Of a stretch of DNA of 50,693 nucleotides, positions 24,601-36,902 are shown in pieces. This DNA is from Chiloscyllium plagiosum (Eukaryota). The stretch covers positions 79,867,030 through 79,917,722 of the forward strand of contig NC_057719.1 in the NCBI RefSeq assembly GCF_004010195.1, written 5' to 3'. The translations under genes were made by a program, and so were the position numbers. Numbering within the stretch: the stretch's first letter is position 1; each line of letters begins with the position of its first letter. The notes beneath the pieces were generated by a model that saw only the letters and a list, made by a program, of their open reading frames with translations, searched no databases and was not told the origin of the DNA.

Positions 24601-25410
24601 TTATGGTTGCTGTCACTGAAATGCAGTCCCACCAAGAGATCTGACACCTGGCATGGTTCATTGTCTGGCACAATATGGCCTCCCTTCTCGTCAACCTATC
24701 TACATATTGCATCAGGAACCCTTCCTGGACACACCTGACAATAACTGCTCCATCCAAACTATTTGCACTGAGGATGTTCCAACCAATATTCGGGAAGTTA
24801 AAGTCATGCATGACAACAACCCTGTTACTTCTGCACCTTTCCACAATCTGCCTCCCAATCTGCTTCTCTGTGACTCTGTTATTATTGATTGGCCTGTAGA
24901 AAATTCCCAATAAAGTGGTTGCTCCTTTCCTGTGTCTGACTTCCACTCATACTGACTCTGTCGACAATCCCTCATTGACAATCTCCCTTTCTGCAGCAAT
25001 GATACTATCCCCACTTAGCAATGCCACTCCTCCATCTCTCTTACGTTCACCCCACCCCCCCATTCCTTTTGAAACATCTAAACCCTGGAACATCCAACAA
25101 CCATTCCTGCCTCTGTGATATCCAAGTCTCTGTAATGGCCACAGCATTATAGTTCCAAGTACTGATCCATGCTCTGAGTTCATCACCCTTTTTCCTGATA
25201 CTTCTTGCATTAAACTAGACCATTAAACTAGACATACTTTAACCCATCACACTGACTGCACCTTTGCCCTATCAAGTGCCTATCCCTCCTCACAGACTCT
25301 CTGCACACTGCATCTGGCTGTTCACTACCTACTCCACCATCTGATCCGTAGTTCTGGTTCCTACCCCCCTGCCAATCTAGTTTAAACCCTCTGGAAGAGC
25401 TCTAGCTCTG
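21656..25410 (-). mobile_element. Long CR1 LINE remnant: ORF1 C-terminus, APE endonuclease, RT and 3' end, interrupted at 22045-22775
   Basis: GGVALL, GIFYRP, VVMHDFNFPNI, SDSNH, PWVT, KSSGPDRIYPRFL, WRMANVIPLFKKG, QHGFVRGRS, KAFDKVPH, RMRGDLIEVYKIL. gagggtttaaactag (EGLN*) near 25380 resembles the CR1 ORF1 end. Confidence 0.92.
22045..22775 (+). mobile_element. CR1/HER1-like 3' fragment nested antisense within the long CR1
   Basis: Closely similar to 378-855. (CTATGACT) tail at about 22763-22775. The host element resumes at 22776. Confidence 0.9.
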
Positions 25411-25684
25411 GTAGTGTTCCCATGTGTCTGCTGCCCTTGTCCTTCTAGATGGTCGTGGTCATAGATTTGCACGATGCTGTCTAGGGATCTTTGGTGAATT
25501 TCTGCAGTTCATCTTGTAGATGGTACACACTGTTGCTACTGAGTGTGGTGGAGGGAGTGGATGCTTGCAGATGTGGTGCCAATCAAGTGGGATGCTTTCT
25601 CTTGGATGGTGTCACGATTCTTGAGTGTTGTTGGAGTTGCACCCATCCAGCCAAGTGGAGAGTTTTCCAACACATCCCTGACAC

Positions 25685-26930
25685 TGTTGTTTGTCATTTC
25701 TATAAACAATTTGAATGAGAATTTAGGAAGGACGATTAGAAAGTTTGGGAATTACACCAAAATTGATGGTATAGTGGACAGTGAAGAACATTATCTAAGG
25801 GTAGAAAGAGATCTTGATCAATTGGGCCAATGGGCTGAGGAGGGGCAGATGGAGTTTAATTTGTATAAATACGCGTTATTGCATTTTGGTAAAACAAATA
25901 AGGGCAGGACTTATACAGTTAATGGTAGGGCCCTGGAGACCCATTAGATACATAGTACTTTGAAAGTTGTGTCTCAGGTGGACAGGGTGGTTAAGGTTAG
26001 ATTAGATTCCCTAGAGTGTGGAAATAGGCCCTTTGGCCCAACAAGTCTACATCAACCCTCCAAAGAATAACCCACCCAGACCCATTTCCCTCTAACAAAT
26101 GCACTTAACACTATGGGCAATTTAGAATGCCCAATTCACCCGACCAGCACACCTTTGGACTGTGGGAGGAAACCCACACAGACACGGGGAGAATGTGCAA
26201 ACTCTACACAGACAGTCGCCCGAGGGTGGAATTGAACCTGGATCCCTGGCGCTGTGAGGCAGCAGTGCTAACCATTGAGCCACCGTGCCACCAAACAGTT
26301 AGCCCACTTGCCTTCATTGCTCAGACCGCTGACTATGGGAGTTAGGGCCTTATGTTGAAGTGGTAAAGGACATTGGTGAGGCCTCTTCTGGAGTACCACA
26401 TAAATTCTGGTCATCCTGTTACAGAAAGGATATTGCTAAATTGGAGAGAGTTCAGAAAAGATTTACCAGGATGTGGCTGGAACTAGAGAGTTTGAGTTCT
26501 AAGGAGAGGCTGGATAAACTGGAACTTTTTAAATTGGAGTGCAGGAGGTTGAGGGGTGACCTTGCAGAGGTTTATAAAATCATGAGGGGCATAGATAAGG
26601 TGAATAGCAAAGGTGTTTTCCCGAAAGTAGGGGAGTTCAAACTGAGGGGTATATTTTTAAGATGAGATGAGAAAGATTTAAAAGGGACCTGAGGAGCAAA
26701 TCTTTCACACAGAGAGTGGTTCATATGTGGAATGAATTGCTAAAGGAAGTGGTAGATGCAGGTACAGTTACAACATTTAAGATATTTTGTCTGGTGCATG
26801 AATAGGAAAGGTTTAGAGGGATATAGGCCGAATGCAGTCAAGTGGGACTAGTTTGGGATACTTGGACAGCATGGATAAGTTGTACCAAAGGATCTGTTTC
26901 CATGCTGTGTGATTTTGTAACTCTATGACT
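25685..26930 (+). mobile_element. CR1 LINE RT-to-tail remnant interrupted by a SINE
   Basis: RDLDQLGQWAEEGQMEFN..HFGKTNK and LERVQKRFTRM..RLRGDLAEVYKIMRG. ctctatgact tail. Confidence 0.88.
25996..26292 (-). mobile_element. HE1-like V-SINE nested in CR1
   Basis: ttagattagatt tail through ggcgctgtgaggcagcagtgctaaccattgagccaccgtgcc head (reverse complement). Confidence 0.9.
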
Positions 26931-27029
26931 TGTGCTTTGTAAGTGATGGACAGGTCTTTGGGAGTCAGGAGGTGTGTTACTCACTGCAATATTCATAGCC
27001 TCTGATCTTCTTTTGTAGCCCTAAGACAG

Positions 27030-28250
27030 TCAGGTGTAGGAACAGAAGTAGACCATTCAGCCCATCGAGTCTGCTCCACCATTCAATCATGGCTGATATA
27101 TTTCTCAACCCCATTCTCCCCAATCTATCTGGGTCTTAAATACACTCAGTGACTTGGCCTCTACAACAATGAGTTCCACAGAGTCACCACCTTCTGGCTG
27201 AAGAAATTCCTCCCCATCTCAGTTCTAAATGGTCATCCGTTCACTCTGAGGCTGCGCCCTCATTAAGAATATAGCTTTCTAATTTAATTTCCTGTCTCTT
27301 TGTGTCATGTGTTTTTAACTAGACAGTGCTCCCTGACACAACCTCCGCAGGAATTGCTGACTTTCATAAATTAATCCAATAACCACAGAACTATAGTGGC
27401 CAAGCGTTTTTGAATTTGCGTCAATAGCATGATGGAATTGCAATTTGAAAATGTCAACTCGTTTAACGTGTTATGTGCAATCACTCAAGCACTATTTGAT
27501 TCGGGGGAAGGATTGGAAAATCTTTACACAAACCGTTGAGATGTAAGGATCTGGATATCATTATAAAACGGTGGTTCACTCTGCTCTAACTCACATAACA
27601 GAATATTCCCCTCTCTGGATGTGTCTGGCTGTGGCCAGAAGGGAAAAGCATTGGGCAAGTTTGCCCTTGGAAGGAACTTTCCTGCTTCTTGCCATCTCTG
27701 CAATTAGATGATCATTAGTCATAGGAGCAAAAGGGCCATTAACCCATCAAGTCTGTACACCATTCGATGAGCTCACGGTTGTCCGGCTGATCCTTAATAA
27801 CACTTCCTGCCTTTTCCCTATAATCCTTGATTCCCTTCCTAATTAAAAATCTGTCTGTCTCAACCTTGACTATACTTAATGACACCATATGAAGTAGCCC
27901 TCTGCAGTATAGAATTTTACAGATCACTACCCTCTGAGGGAAGAAATTCCTCCTCATTTCTGTCTTGAATGGGTGACTTCTTACTCTGAGATTATGCCCT
28001 ATGGTCTTAGACTCTGCTATGAGGGGAAGCAATCTACTATGTCAAGACTCCCAAGAATCTAATATATTTCCATAAGGTCGCCTCTCATACTTCTAAACTC
28101 CAATGGATGCAGTCCAAGCTTATTCAACCTCACCTCATAACGCAGTCCCTCCATACCCAGAATCAGTCCTAGTGAACCTTCTCTGGACTGCCTCCAAAGA
28201 TAGTGTATCCTTCCTTGGATAAGTGCCCTACACTGTTCACAGTATGCCAG
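27030..28250 (-). mobile_element. Two CR1 3' fragments (about 27030-27260 and about 27715-28250)
   Basis: GHNLRVRSHPFKTEMRRNFFPQRVV and GLRYEVRLNKLGLHPLEFRSMRGDLMEIY. Confidence 0.75.
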
Positions 28251-28349
28251 TGAAGATTTTAAACTTGATGCTTTGAGTAGCAGGGAATCAATGCAGGCAA
28301 GCAAAGGATGGAGGTGAGGAATGAGCATATCTTACCGAGGGGCACGGCG

Positions 28350-29500
28350 CGAACATACAAACATAGAAAACAGGGAACGGAATTTCAGGCCATTTCACTC
28401 CTCGAGCCTCCTCCACCTTTCAATAACAAAATGGCTGACCTGCTGGTGTTTCAAGTTCCCTGATAACCTTTGACTGCCTCGTCTAACAACAATCTATCTA
28501 CCTCTGCCTTCATAATATCCATCTATTCCCATCCCCACCCACCCCGAGGCAGAGAGTTTCAAAGTCATTCGGCCATCTGAGAGAAAACCCTCTCCTGATC
28601 ACTGTCCTGAGAAGGAACCCTTCATTTTAAAGCATGCCCCCTAGTGCTGGACTTAGCTGCAAGAGGAAGCACTCTCTCCACATCACCTTGCCATTCAGGA
28701 TTTTATATGCTTCAACCATGTCACCTCTCCCTCTTCTAAACTTCAGTGGCACCAAACTCAGTCTGTTCAACCTTTCCTCATAAGTCAACCTGTTCATCCC
28801 AGATCTCAGCCTGGGAAGCCTCCACTGAACTGCCACCAACACGTCTGCATCCTTCTTTAAATAAGGAGACTAAAAGTACACACTGTATTCGAAATGTGGT
28901 CTCACCAATGTCCTGTGTAACTGAGGCATGACATTCTTATTTTTATGTTCAATTCCTCTCGTCATAAAGGATAGCGTCCCTGTTAGCCTCCCTTGTTACT
29001 TGCTGTACCTGAGTACTACTGTTTTGTGACACATAGAGTCATAGAGATGTACAGCATGGAAACAGACCCTTCGGTCCAACCCGTCCATGCTGACCAGTTG
29101 TCCCAACCCAAGCTAGTCCCACCTGCCAGCACCCGGCCCATATCCCTCCAAACCCTTCCTATTCATATACCCATCCAAATACCTCTTAAATGTTGCAATT
29201 GTACCAGCCTCCACCACATCCTCTGGCAGCTCATTCCATACACGTACTACCCTCTGCGTGAACACATGTACTATAACGCCCCACTCCCTCTGCACCTGAG
29301 GTCTGCAGCCGTTCTCGTGCTTTTTCTATCTTCCTGCTAAGCAATTCCACATTTCCCCACAATGTACATTATCTGCCCATTTTTCTGCCCACTGCCTCAA
29401 CCAATCTCGAAGACTTTCCTGTGTATCTTTGCATCAACTGCAAATGTAGCTACTCTGCTTTCACTTCCTTCACCTAAGTCATTGAGAGTGGTTGAGAACA
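28350..29500 (-). mobile_element. Decayed CR1 fragment with a nested younger CR1 tail (about 29030-29262)
   Basis: LTYEERLNRLSLVPLKFRRGRGDMVEAYKIL. Nested piece FTQRVVRVWNELPEDVVEAGTIATFKRYLDGYM. Confidence 0.8.
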
Positions 29501-29593
29501 GTTCTGCATAATTAGTAGCTTAAAGGGGATAGAGATGAATATAGCATTTAAGAAATGAAGGCATCCGAGGTGGAGATAAAAGTTTGGGCAGTA

Positions 29594-29700
29594 ATAAAAA
29601 CAGAAAATGCTGGAAAGGCAGCTGATGCTGCCAGACCTGCCGAGCCTTTCCAGCAATTCCTGTTTCTGTTTCTGATTTACTGCATCCGCAGTTCCTTCAA
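29594..29700. mobile_element. Short fold-back PLE terminus remnant lacking the hammerhead core
   Basis: aaaacagaaaatgctggaaaggc is the inverse of gcctttccagcaattcctgtttc. gatgctgccagacctgc matches the 17140/19700 family. Confidence 0.6.
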
Positions 29701-30469
29701 TTTTATGATGTTTTGGCAACAGTAGTTCTAAGGTAGAGGCAGAATCAAGGTGCTTTGGGCATCTTGCTATGTGCAAATTGACATTATAACAGTGATTAGT
29801 CTTTATTCTGAAACACACTGGACACTCTGAGATTGTGAAAGGTGAGGTTAGATCGCAAGGTATCGTTGTTCATTCAATTTCTTTCGGATTATTGCTCACC
29901 CAATACTCGTCTGACTGCTTGTTCCACATGCAGACCCATCAGAGAATAAACAGGGTAGCTACCTAGGCTGAGTGTCATCCTCCTTCATTGTAGGATATCA
30001 AGGTAATTGACCCAGGCCAACTAACTCAGTCCTGGCTCTGTGTGGCGAAGGGACTATGCCAGGACTGCTGCTCCCTAGTGAACCTTCACTTGAGGGGTGG
30101 GGATAGGAGAAAGGGAATACTGTGTCAATCATTTTTAACTGTACCTTCAGTTGAACCCTCTGACATCAGAGTTGTTACCTGTTACACAACACTGTTGGAG
30201 TAGCAATTAAAAATTTAATATGTGTTCATACAACCTCTCTGCCGGTCCATTGTCAAACCAACTTTATTTATAATCGAGGCGGAGGTAAACAGGGTGATGA
30301 TATGTTTTGCTCAGAGGTATCAGTTTCAGCCGCTGCCCTGGACTCGCGTACTCTGTGTGCCCTTCGGTGCTATCAGAATGAGTGGGAGCAGAAAGGGCTC
30401 CCAACTAGCTCAATCTAACTGCTGTCAGACTAACGTCTCAGACTCACCAGGAGCACTCTCACCCCGGGA

Positions 30470-30740
30470 CCAAAACATCATGTGGTGTTCAAATGCAATA
30501 ATCCAACCTGTCACTTCCACTATAGTACTGACAGGGATGCTGTCTTTTGTTGGATGAGATGTTGAACTGAGACCCCTACTGACCTTTCTGATGGAAACGA
30601 AAGATCCAGTGGCCTTATGTTGGAATGGCTTTTGTCCCCAGTGTCTTGGCCAATATCTAGCCCCTACATAATCCTAATCTGGTCATTGTCTCACTGTTAC
30701 AACAGTGACTACATTTCAAAAGTACCCCATTGGTACTGAA
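30470..30740 (+). mobile_element. DeuSINE-like SINE
   Basis: ggatgagatgttgaactgagaccc..aaagatcc..tggccaatat..acaacagtgactacatttcaaaagtac. Confidence 0.65.
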
Positions 30741-31725
30741 GCTGTGCCAGGCTGTCAGATCAACACATCAGCATTCCACAGTGCGTTAAAGGAGATCACT
30801 TTAAGAGGATAAACGAAGTCTGCTCTTGAACCACGAGTCTGCCAGTGTGACCACTCAGGTGTAGTGAAACTGACCAGGAGCATTACCTGTCACTCAGTCA
30901 GCCAGTGATCATCTGCGAGCTGAACATGAGTGAGCTCTGTCCACCAGAGAGTCTTCGCGAAATCATTTCAACGTGTTGCAAATCTGGGATTTTTCCTAGT
31001 AATGTAAACTGGAAATGTCACCAAAGGGCTACAGTTTGTAAGCAATGAGTATAGGTTAATGGTTAAACCCTGTCATGCTAATATGCTTCATTTGCAGTGG
31101 CTCCTGACACACTTGATTGGTTTATTCTTGTCACATGTATTGAGATGCAGTGAAAAAAAAAGTGTTGTTTTGCATGTTGTACAGGCAGATTGTACAATAC
31201 AAAGTGCATCAGATTATCAGAACAGAGTAAACAATACAGTGTTACAGCCACAGAGAAGGTGCAGGGAGAGAGAGTCAGAATTAACATTTGAGTGGTCCGT
31301 TCAAAAGTCTGATAACAGCGGGGAAGAAGCTGTTCTTAAATCTATTAGTATGTGCATTAAAACTTTTATGTCTTATATATGATGGAAGAGGATGGAAGAG
31401 GGTATAACTGGGTGATTATTTTGGTTGTTTTCCCATGTCAGTGGATGGAAGGCTGGGTTTGCATGATAGACTGTATTCACGACTCTCTAGTTTCTTGCGA
31501 TCTTGGGCAGAGCAGTTGCCACACTAAGCTGTATTGCATCCAGACAGGATGCTTTCTATGGTGCATCTGTAAAAATAGATAAGAGTCCTTATGAGCATGC
31601 CAGATTTCACTAGCTCCCTGAGGAAGGAGAGATGTTGTTGTACTTTCTTGATCGTCGCATTGATATGGGTGGACCAGGACAAATTGTTGGTGATCATCAC
31701 ACTCAGGAACTTGACGCTTTTGATC

Positions 31726-33122
31726 ATTAGACCATAAGACATAGGAGCAGAAATTAGGCCATTCAGCCCATCGAGTCCCCTCTACCTTTGAATCATGGCT
31801 GATAAGTTTCTCAACTGCATTCTCCTGCTTTCTCCTCTTGACAATCAAGAACCGATCTATCTCAGCCTTAAATATACTCAAAGACCCGGCTTCCACAGCC
31901 TTCTGTGGCGATGAATTCCATAGATTCCCCACTCTCTGGCTGAAGAAGTTTCTCCTTATCTCCATTCTAAAAGGTCTTCCCTTGTCTCTAAGGCTGTGCC
32001 CTTGGGTCCTAATCTCTCCTACCAGTGGAAACATCTTGCCAACATCCACTCTGTCCAGGCCATTCAGTATTCTGTATGTTTCAATGAGGTCCCGCACACG
32101 AGGATAGTGAGTAAAATTAGGGCGCATGGTATTGGGGGCAAAGTACTAGATTGGATTGAAAATTGGTTGGCAGATAGGAAACAAAGGGTAGTGATAAACG
32201 GCTCCATTTCGGAATGGCAGGCAGTGACCAGTGGGGTACCGCAGGGATCCATGCTGGGACCGCAGCTTTTTACAATATATATTAATGATATAGAAAATGG
32301 TATCAGCAATAACATTAGCAAATTTGCTGATGACACAAAGCTGGGTGGCAGGGTGAAATGTAATGAGGATGTTAGGAGATTACAGGGTGACCTGGACAAG
32401 TTAAGTGAGTGGGCAGATGCATGGCAGATGCAGTTTAATGTGGATAAATGTATGATTATCCACTTTGGTTGAAGTGTAGTCACAAAGCTTTCACAATGTT
32501 AGAGATGCCCATCTCATATTTATCCTCGACATAGTGGCACTGAAGTGACTAGGCTAGTATACCCTTGTTTTTAGAAGACTGATAGGGGAGTTGATTGAGA
32601 CGTATAAGATTATGAAAGGATTGGACACTCTGGCAGTAGGAAACATATTTCCACTGATGCGTGAGTGCTGAACCAGAGGACACAGCTTAAAAATACAGGG
32701 TAGACCATTTAGGACAAAGATAAGGAGAAACTTCTTCACTCAGAGAGTGGTGGCTGTGTGGAATGCTCTGCCCCAGAGGGCAGTGGAGGCCCAGTCTCTG
32801 GATTCATTTAAGAAAGAGTTGGATAGAGCTCTCAAAGATAGTGGAATCAAGGGTTATGTAGATAAGGCAGGAAGAGGATACTGATTAGGAATGATCAGCC
32901 ATGATCATGTTGAATGGCGGTGCAGGCTCGAAGGGCTGAATGGCCTACTCCTGCACCTATTGTCTATTGTCTATTGTCTGTTATCCGCCCTCACCCATCT
33001 AAACTCCATCGAGTATAAACCCAGAGTCCTCAAATGTTCCTCATATGTTAAGCTTTTCATTCCTGGGACCAGTCTCATGAGCCTCCTCTGAACACCTTCC
33101 AGGGCCAGTACATCCTTCCTGA
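31726..33122 (-). mobile_element. CR1 3' fragment (31726-32087 plus 32981-33122) nested in Rex1/Babar
   Basis: DLIETYRILNGLDRVDVGKMFPLVGEIRTQGHSLR..RRNFFSQRVGNLWNS. Confidence 0.85.
32088..32980 (+). mobile_element. CR1 RT core plus 3' end with internal deletion, nested in the previous CR1
   Basis: VPH..WIENWLADRKQRVVING..SGVPQGSMLGPQLFTIYIND..SKFADDTKL. (CTATTGT)n tail. Confidence 0.9.
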
Positions 33123-34127
33123 TTGGTGCAGACAGGGGCGTGCTGTCTGCTTCCTGAAGTCAATGACCAGCTCCTCTGTTTTGCTGACATTGATGGAGAG
33201 ATTGTTGTTTTAACACCAGACTACTAAGCACTCAATCTATTTCCTGTATTCTGTCTTGTCATTGTTTGAGATCCACCCTCCAGCAGTGGCGAGGTTAAAA
33301 TATTTGTAAGTGGAGTTGGTATGGAATTTGGCCACACTGTCATGTGTTTATAAGGAGTATAATAGGGGGCTGAGAATGCAACCTCGCGTAGCACTGGTCT
33401 TGAGGATAATCATGGAGGAGGTGTGGTCACCTCTTCTTACTGATTTCGATAGATGGGTCAAGAACTCAAGGATCCAGTTTCAGAGGGAGGGAAGCTGAGA
33501 CCTAGGTCTTGGAGTTCAGAAATGAATTTGTTTTTAATTATGATGTTGAAGGCAGAGCTGAACTCAATATGTAGGAACCTGACATAAGTATCCTTGTAAT
33601 CCTGATGTTCCAGGCATAAGTAGAGGGCCAGGGGGATGGCGTCTGGTGTGGATCTATTGTGCCGGTCGGCAAATTGTGAGGGCTCAACGCACTTCATAAT
33701 TACAGAGGTCAGAGCCACCAGGCTATAGTCATTGAGGCGTGCTGCGTGATTTTTCTTTGGAACCAGGATGATGGTGGTCTTTTTGAAGTAGGTGAGGACT
33801 TTGGATTGTAGTAAGGGGAGGTTGAAGATGCCAGCGAGTACTCCCACCCGCTGGTCCACACGGGATCTGAGTGCATGGCCGGGGACTTCATCTAGGCCGG
33901 TCGCTCTCCTCTTAGAACCAGGCGCAAGACAGAAAGGTTGTATACTCTCTCCTGTGTATTACTGTAGGTATGGTATATAGTTAATACAAGTTTCCAGTTC
34001 ACAGGTATGAAGATTGACTCATTTCTCTCTGTATAACCTCACAGCAATATGTTGAAGTATGTTTGGTAATCAGGGTAGATTACAGTGAGCACAGGGAAAC
34101 ACATATGAAAGTTGCTGGACAAATAAA

Positions 34128-34931
34128 GTTAAAAATCACACATCACCAAGTTATAGTCCAACAGGTTTAATTGGAAGATGTTTCGGTACCCATAGGGAGG
34201 GCCTCAACTGGGACCTTGGGTTCATGTCACATTACAGGTGACCACCATTGCACTATACACGCACAAACAGATACTCCCCCACTCACACATGCACTCCCTC
34301 ATAGACTTAAAACACTCTGCACTCACTACACACACACACATACACTTTTTCACACTCACGACTCCCAACCTAGATAACAGACACACACAGACAGACAAAG
34401 ACCCACATGCACACATATATTTTGTGGGGTGAATTTGTACTTGCAGAGTTACATTGTACTTTGCTCAAAAACTGCATGCATTCATGTAGAACTCTGAGCT
34501 CAAAAACTGCATGAATTTATGTAAAACTCTGTTATCTCACTTTTTAGATTAGAATCAATCTAAACATCATGGCATAGACAGCACGGTGGCTAACACCTTC
34601 AACATATTGTCTCGCTATCACCATTGTTAACAGCTAACCTGAGAATGCAACATTTTTAAAACGTTTTGAGAGTTACACATGAAAGAAGTGAAATTATCAC
34701 GATATTCAGACTTAACAGACAATCAATTTTTAAATGTATAATTTCAATTACATCACACTGTAAATTTTTGCTATAAATTCTGTGATAGGATTGAGCCCTT
34801 CACTATCACCTGATGAAGGAGTGATGCTCTGAAAGCTAGTGTGCTTCCAAATAAACCTGTTGGACTATAACCTGGTGTTGTGTGATTTTTAACTTTGTAC
34901 ACCCCAGTCCAACACCGGCATCTCCAAATCA
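34128..34931 (+). mobile_element. Neptune-like PLE 3' fragment with inverted 5' terminal segment and 12-bp TSD
   Basis: Endonuclease end FGTHREGLNWDLGFMSHYR* at about 34182-34241. 34125-34177 is the inverse of 34844-34896. TSD tggacaaataaa at 34116-34127 and 34932-34943. Confidence 0.88.
34807..34841 (+). ncRNA. Minimal type I hammerhead ribozyme motif
   Basis: cac-CTGATGA-AGGAGTGATGCTCT-GAAA-GCTA-gtg: stem I cac/gtg, stem II GGAGT/GCTCT, palindromic AGCT stem III, CUA triplet. Confidence 0.8.
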
Positions 34932-35713
34932 TGGACAAATAAAAGTCTACTAATCTAACCAGCCCCTCCCACATCACTGTGCTGGCCTTGAGTGTTGCAA
35001 TGCAGACACTGTTCACTCTCCCATTCACCTGGGGGTGGGGGAGATAAACTAGATTAGAACCCAGGTCAGTTAGAAAGAAAATGACTGGAAACTTCCTCTC
35101 CAAGCCTTTCGGGTCATCAAAACTGGTTCAGGAGACCACTCGGCTCTGATTAACATTTCCTTCTGTACAAGGTGATCTTGTCCCAAGGCACAAATGGGTC
35201 CAGCTCTTACGAGAAACAATCCAGCAATTTGCCATCCACTGCCAAAGCCAGTTTCACAGGCCTCCAAAGCTACCAAGAAACCATTTCTCACCATAAATGA
35301 TTTGCAATGATTGACTCTAAGCCTTGCAAGGCTTTTTAATTGAATCAAACTGTCCATGTAAACACACTGTTTCCTTCATCAAGTGGAGCATGAATCTAAA
35401 CAAGCCCTTCGTTCCTTTTTGAATGCTTTATGCATAAAGCATGACCTAATTCGTAAAGGGAATGAAATGTAACTCCTGGCCTGTGAGAGTAAATATCAGT
35501 GCGTGCGTGCGTGTGTGTTCATATACCTTCATAAGCCCCAGAACATCCTAAGTTACTCTAATTGCTGACATGGTGCTTAGGTCCACAAACATCTGACTGC
35601 ACAGTGATATGCTATTCATGGCTAATGCCTATATACTACAGCTCTGCCATCCCAGAAGGAGAAAACCAGTTGTACTTGTTAATGAGACATACTGGTTTGA
35701 CTGGTCTCATACA

Positions 35714-36902
35714 GGTAAAAACAATGATTGCAGATGCTGGAAACCAGATTCTGGATTAGTGGTGCTGGAAGAGCACAGGAGTTCAGGCAGCATCCAAGGA
35801 GCTTCGAAATCGACGTTTCGTGCAAAAGCCCTTCATCAGGAATAAAGGCAGTGAGCCTGAAGCGTGGAGAGATAAGCTAGAGGAGGGTGAGGGGTGGGGA
35901 GAAAGTAGCATAGATTACAATGGGTGAGTGGGGGAGGGGATGAAGGTGATAGGTCAGGGAGGANNNNNNNNNNNNNNNNNNNNNNNNNNNNNNNNNNNNN
36001 NNNNNNNNNNNNNNNNNNNNNNNNNNNNNNNNNNNNNNNNNNNNNNNNNNNNNNNNNNNNNNNNNNNNNNNNNNNNNNNNNNNNNNNNNNNNNNNNNNNN
36101 NNNNNNNNNNNNNNNNNNNNNNNNNNNNNNNNNNNNNNNNNNNNNNNNNNNNNNNNNNNNNNNNNNNNNNNNNNNNNNNNNNNNNNNNNNNNNNNNNNNN
36201 NNNNNNNNNNNNNNNNNNNNNNNNNNNNNNNNNNNNNNNNNNNNNNNNNNNNNNNNNNNNNNNNNNNNNNNNNNNNNNNNNNNNNNNNNNNNNNNNNNNN
36301 NNNNNNNNNNNNNNNNNNNNNNNNNNNNNNNNNNNNNNNNNNNNNNNNNNNNNNNNNNNNNNNNNNNNNNNNNNNNNNNNNNNNNNNNNNNNNNNNNNNN
36401 NNNNNNNNNNNNNNNNNNNNNNNNNNNNNNNNNNNNNNNNNNNNNNNNNNNNNNNNNNNNNNNNNNNNNNNNNNNNNNNNNNNNNNNNNNNNNNNNNNNN
36501 NNNNNNNNNNNNNNNNNNNNNNNNNNNNNNNNNNNNNNNNNNNNNNNNNNNNNNNNNNNNNNNNNNNNNNNNNNNNNNNNNNNNNNNNNNNNNNNNNNNN
36601 NNNNNNNNNNNNNNNNNNNNNNNNNNNNNNGCCTCGGAACACTTCAACCCCAGGGCATCAATATGGACTTCAACAGTTTCCTCATTTCCCCTTTCCCCAC
36701 CTCACCCTAGTTCTAAACTTCCAGCTCAGCACTGTCCCATGACTTTTCCGGACTTGTCCCACCTGCCTATCTCCTTTTCCACCTCTCCACTCCCCCCTCT
36801 CCTCCCTGACCTATCACCTTCATCCCCTCCCTCACTCACCTATTGTACTCTATGCTACTTTCTCCCCACCCCCACCCTCCTCTAGCTTATCTCTCCACGC
36901 TG
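35714..36902. mobile_element. PLE insertion with inverted halves spanning an assembly gap, 12-bp TSD
   Basis: 35861-35963 is the inverse of about 36798-36901. TSD tggtctcataca at 35702-35713 and 36903-36914. Minus-strand hammerhead CTGATGA..GAAACGTC at 35812-35839. LGTLQPQGIN after the gap. Confidence 0.85.
35964..36630. other. Assembly gap (667 N)
   Basis: Run of N. Confidence 1.

Larger units (their letters stand above)
31105..33905 (-). mobile_element. Rex1/Babar-like LINE remnant split by CR1 insertions (31726-33122)
   Basis: FYRCTIESILSGC, IFNLPLLQSKVLTYFKKTTIILVPKKNHAARLNDY..VALTSVIMKC..RSTPDAI..FSSAFN. Confidence 0.8.

Noticed and set aside
30222..30557. 111-aa ORF
   Set aside because: No recognisable homology, and it runs into a DeuSINE-like repeat.
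35642..35713. Plus-strand exon candidate (LCHPRRRKPVVLVNETYWFDWSHT) with donor CAG|GTAAAA
   Set aside because: The donor is supplied by the PLE terminus just after the TSD, and the peptide is not recognisable.
35836..36742. Longest ORFs in the track (256-272 aa)
   Set aside because: Artefacts of translating through the N gap.
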